Shown piece after piece: positions 62,770-64,000 of a DNA stretch of 64,000 nt; the stretch's first letter is position 1, and each line of letters opens with the position of its first letter. The notes under the pieces are model-generated. The model worked only from the letters and a program-made list of their open reading frames with translations, had not been told where the DNA came from and made no database searches. The position numbers and the translations under genes were made by a program. Origin of the DNA: Takakia lepidozioides. Lineage: Eukaryota; Plantae; Bryophyta. The stretch is taken from NCBI GenBank assembly GCA_030704615.1, contig CM060731.1, forward strand, positions 72,602,001 through 72,666,000, in the 5' to 3' direction.

Positions 62770-63045
62770 CCCTTGTTAGCATGTATGCCAAATGTGGGAG
62801 CTTGAAGGATGGACGTCAAGTGTTTGACAAAATGCCTGATCACAATGTGGTCTCATGGAGTGCAATGATCGCAGGATATGCAAACATAACCGTGAGCAGA
62901 GCTGTTGATATGCACATGCTGCTCTTGTATGCCAAATGAGGGAGCGTAGAGGATGCGCGTCATGTGTTCGACATATAGCTCACCGAAATGTGGTCTCATG
63001 GACTGCAATCGGCATGGGTGGAGTAGAGAAGCTTTTGAGATCTAT
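62770..63045 (+). pseudogene. PLS-PPR fragment
   Basis: [37 protein letters not shown], followed by a second broken repeat. Confidence 0.7.
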
Positions 63046-64000
63046 AAACACATGATAGATTTTTCCAATGTTGATGGGTGCCGGGATCCCTTGACTTCTA
63101 CTGGTTCAGAATAAGGGCTGAATATAAGGATGTGTGGGAGGGTGGCTGCACACAGATATGAGTTAGAATTGAAGATTGTGCCAAGGGATCCCAGTTTAGA
63201 GGCGAAATGCAAATTAGATGCTTGAGTACGAATCCACCATGTACTTTCCATTTCGTGCCAATGTCAAAGAGGTATGTCACACTCCCATCGTCCTATTGAA
63301 GGCCATGGACCCCTCTGACCTATTTTGGGTACACCTGCTTCATGAGGCGTGCAAAGTCTTGCGGAGGTCAAGGATCTAATTTTCTTTAGATAGCTCATTC
63401 TAGCAGCATGAAAGGTAGTGTCTTGGTGTTTGTGAAGATTGTGCAACTCTGCCCCCTGTGTGCGCGAAATAGTTAGGTCAAATCTTATTTTTCACTGCTC
63501 TGAGTAAAAGTCATCTCACAAGGCCACACTTCTGTGCATGGAGGAGTAGTGAGTTTGAACCCCTCAAAAAACTAAGACATCTCTGACACCAGGATTACGG
63601 GTGCAGTCTATGCTTAACAGCAGGGGTGAGCCCGAGTTCATGCTACCTCAGTGCTATGTCCAACAAGCCCCCCCATTGCAGGTATGCCCTTCACCAGTCA
63701 ACCTTTTCAAAATGTGGCCCTGGCATAATTGTATTCTAAAGTTAGGGCATTATCTTTGAGCATTTAGTGGTTTTATTAATTCATGTAGGTTCTCTATCAA
63801 CTTGCAAAGCAATGAAGAGATCGTGCTGTGATTGTATCCCCTGGGACTTGAACTGGTTACGCAAGCACAGTGGGATTTTAAAGCATAGCCTGGAGAGATC
63901 TCATGGAGGGAGTTGTTATAAATCAAAGATTTATCAAACAAAAACCGGTTTGCGGTTGGAGTGGCTACTTGGAGTTCGTGTCAAAAACGGAAGTAGAACA

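Noticed and set aside
256-63941. Numerous 60-130-aa ORFs antisense to or overlapping exons and repeats
   Set aside because: No recognisable motifs; expected by chance or as shadows of real exons.

Overview
Intron-rich nuclear DNA from a plant, probably a seed-free land plant such as a bryophyte (inferred from a flagellar CCDC146/MBO2-like gene and many PLS/DYW PPR relics). Host genes: CCDC146-like (+, ~1.5-9.9 kb), aspartate carbamoyltransferase (-, 11.0-13.4 kb), ABHD3/EMB8-like hydrolase (-, 18.5-24.3 kb), a disrupted aromatic amino-acid decarboxylase (-, 31.3-46.0 kb), a BTL1-like mitochondrial carrier (-, 59.2-61.8 kb) and several decayed PPR/DYW genes. The highlight is a 10.6-kb Ty3/gypsy-like retroelement (31910-42517) with four unusual properties. 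(1) It encodes gag, protease, a DNMT3-like cytosine methyltransferase, an RNase H remnant (RT deleted), a DDE integrase and a PHD finger. (2) Its terminal repeats are permuted: A-internal-B-GC-A-B. (3) The TGTC/GACA integration ends lie at a palindrome inside the PPT/PBS-defined LTR, with a 4-bp TSD. (4) It has an apparent tRNA-independent self-priming PBS. A second, truncated relative lies at 51.1-57.2 kb (-). Beside it is a decayed Fanzor/TnpB-like RuvC nuclease gene (57.3-58.8 kb), split by a MITE and followed by a hairpin-rich candidate omega-RNA segment. All calls come from reading the sequence and translating by hand; no database searches were run.
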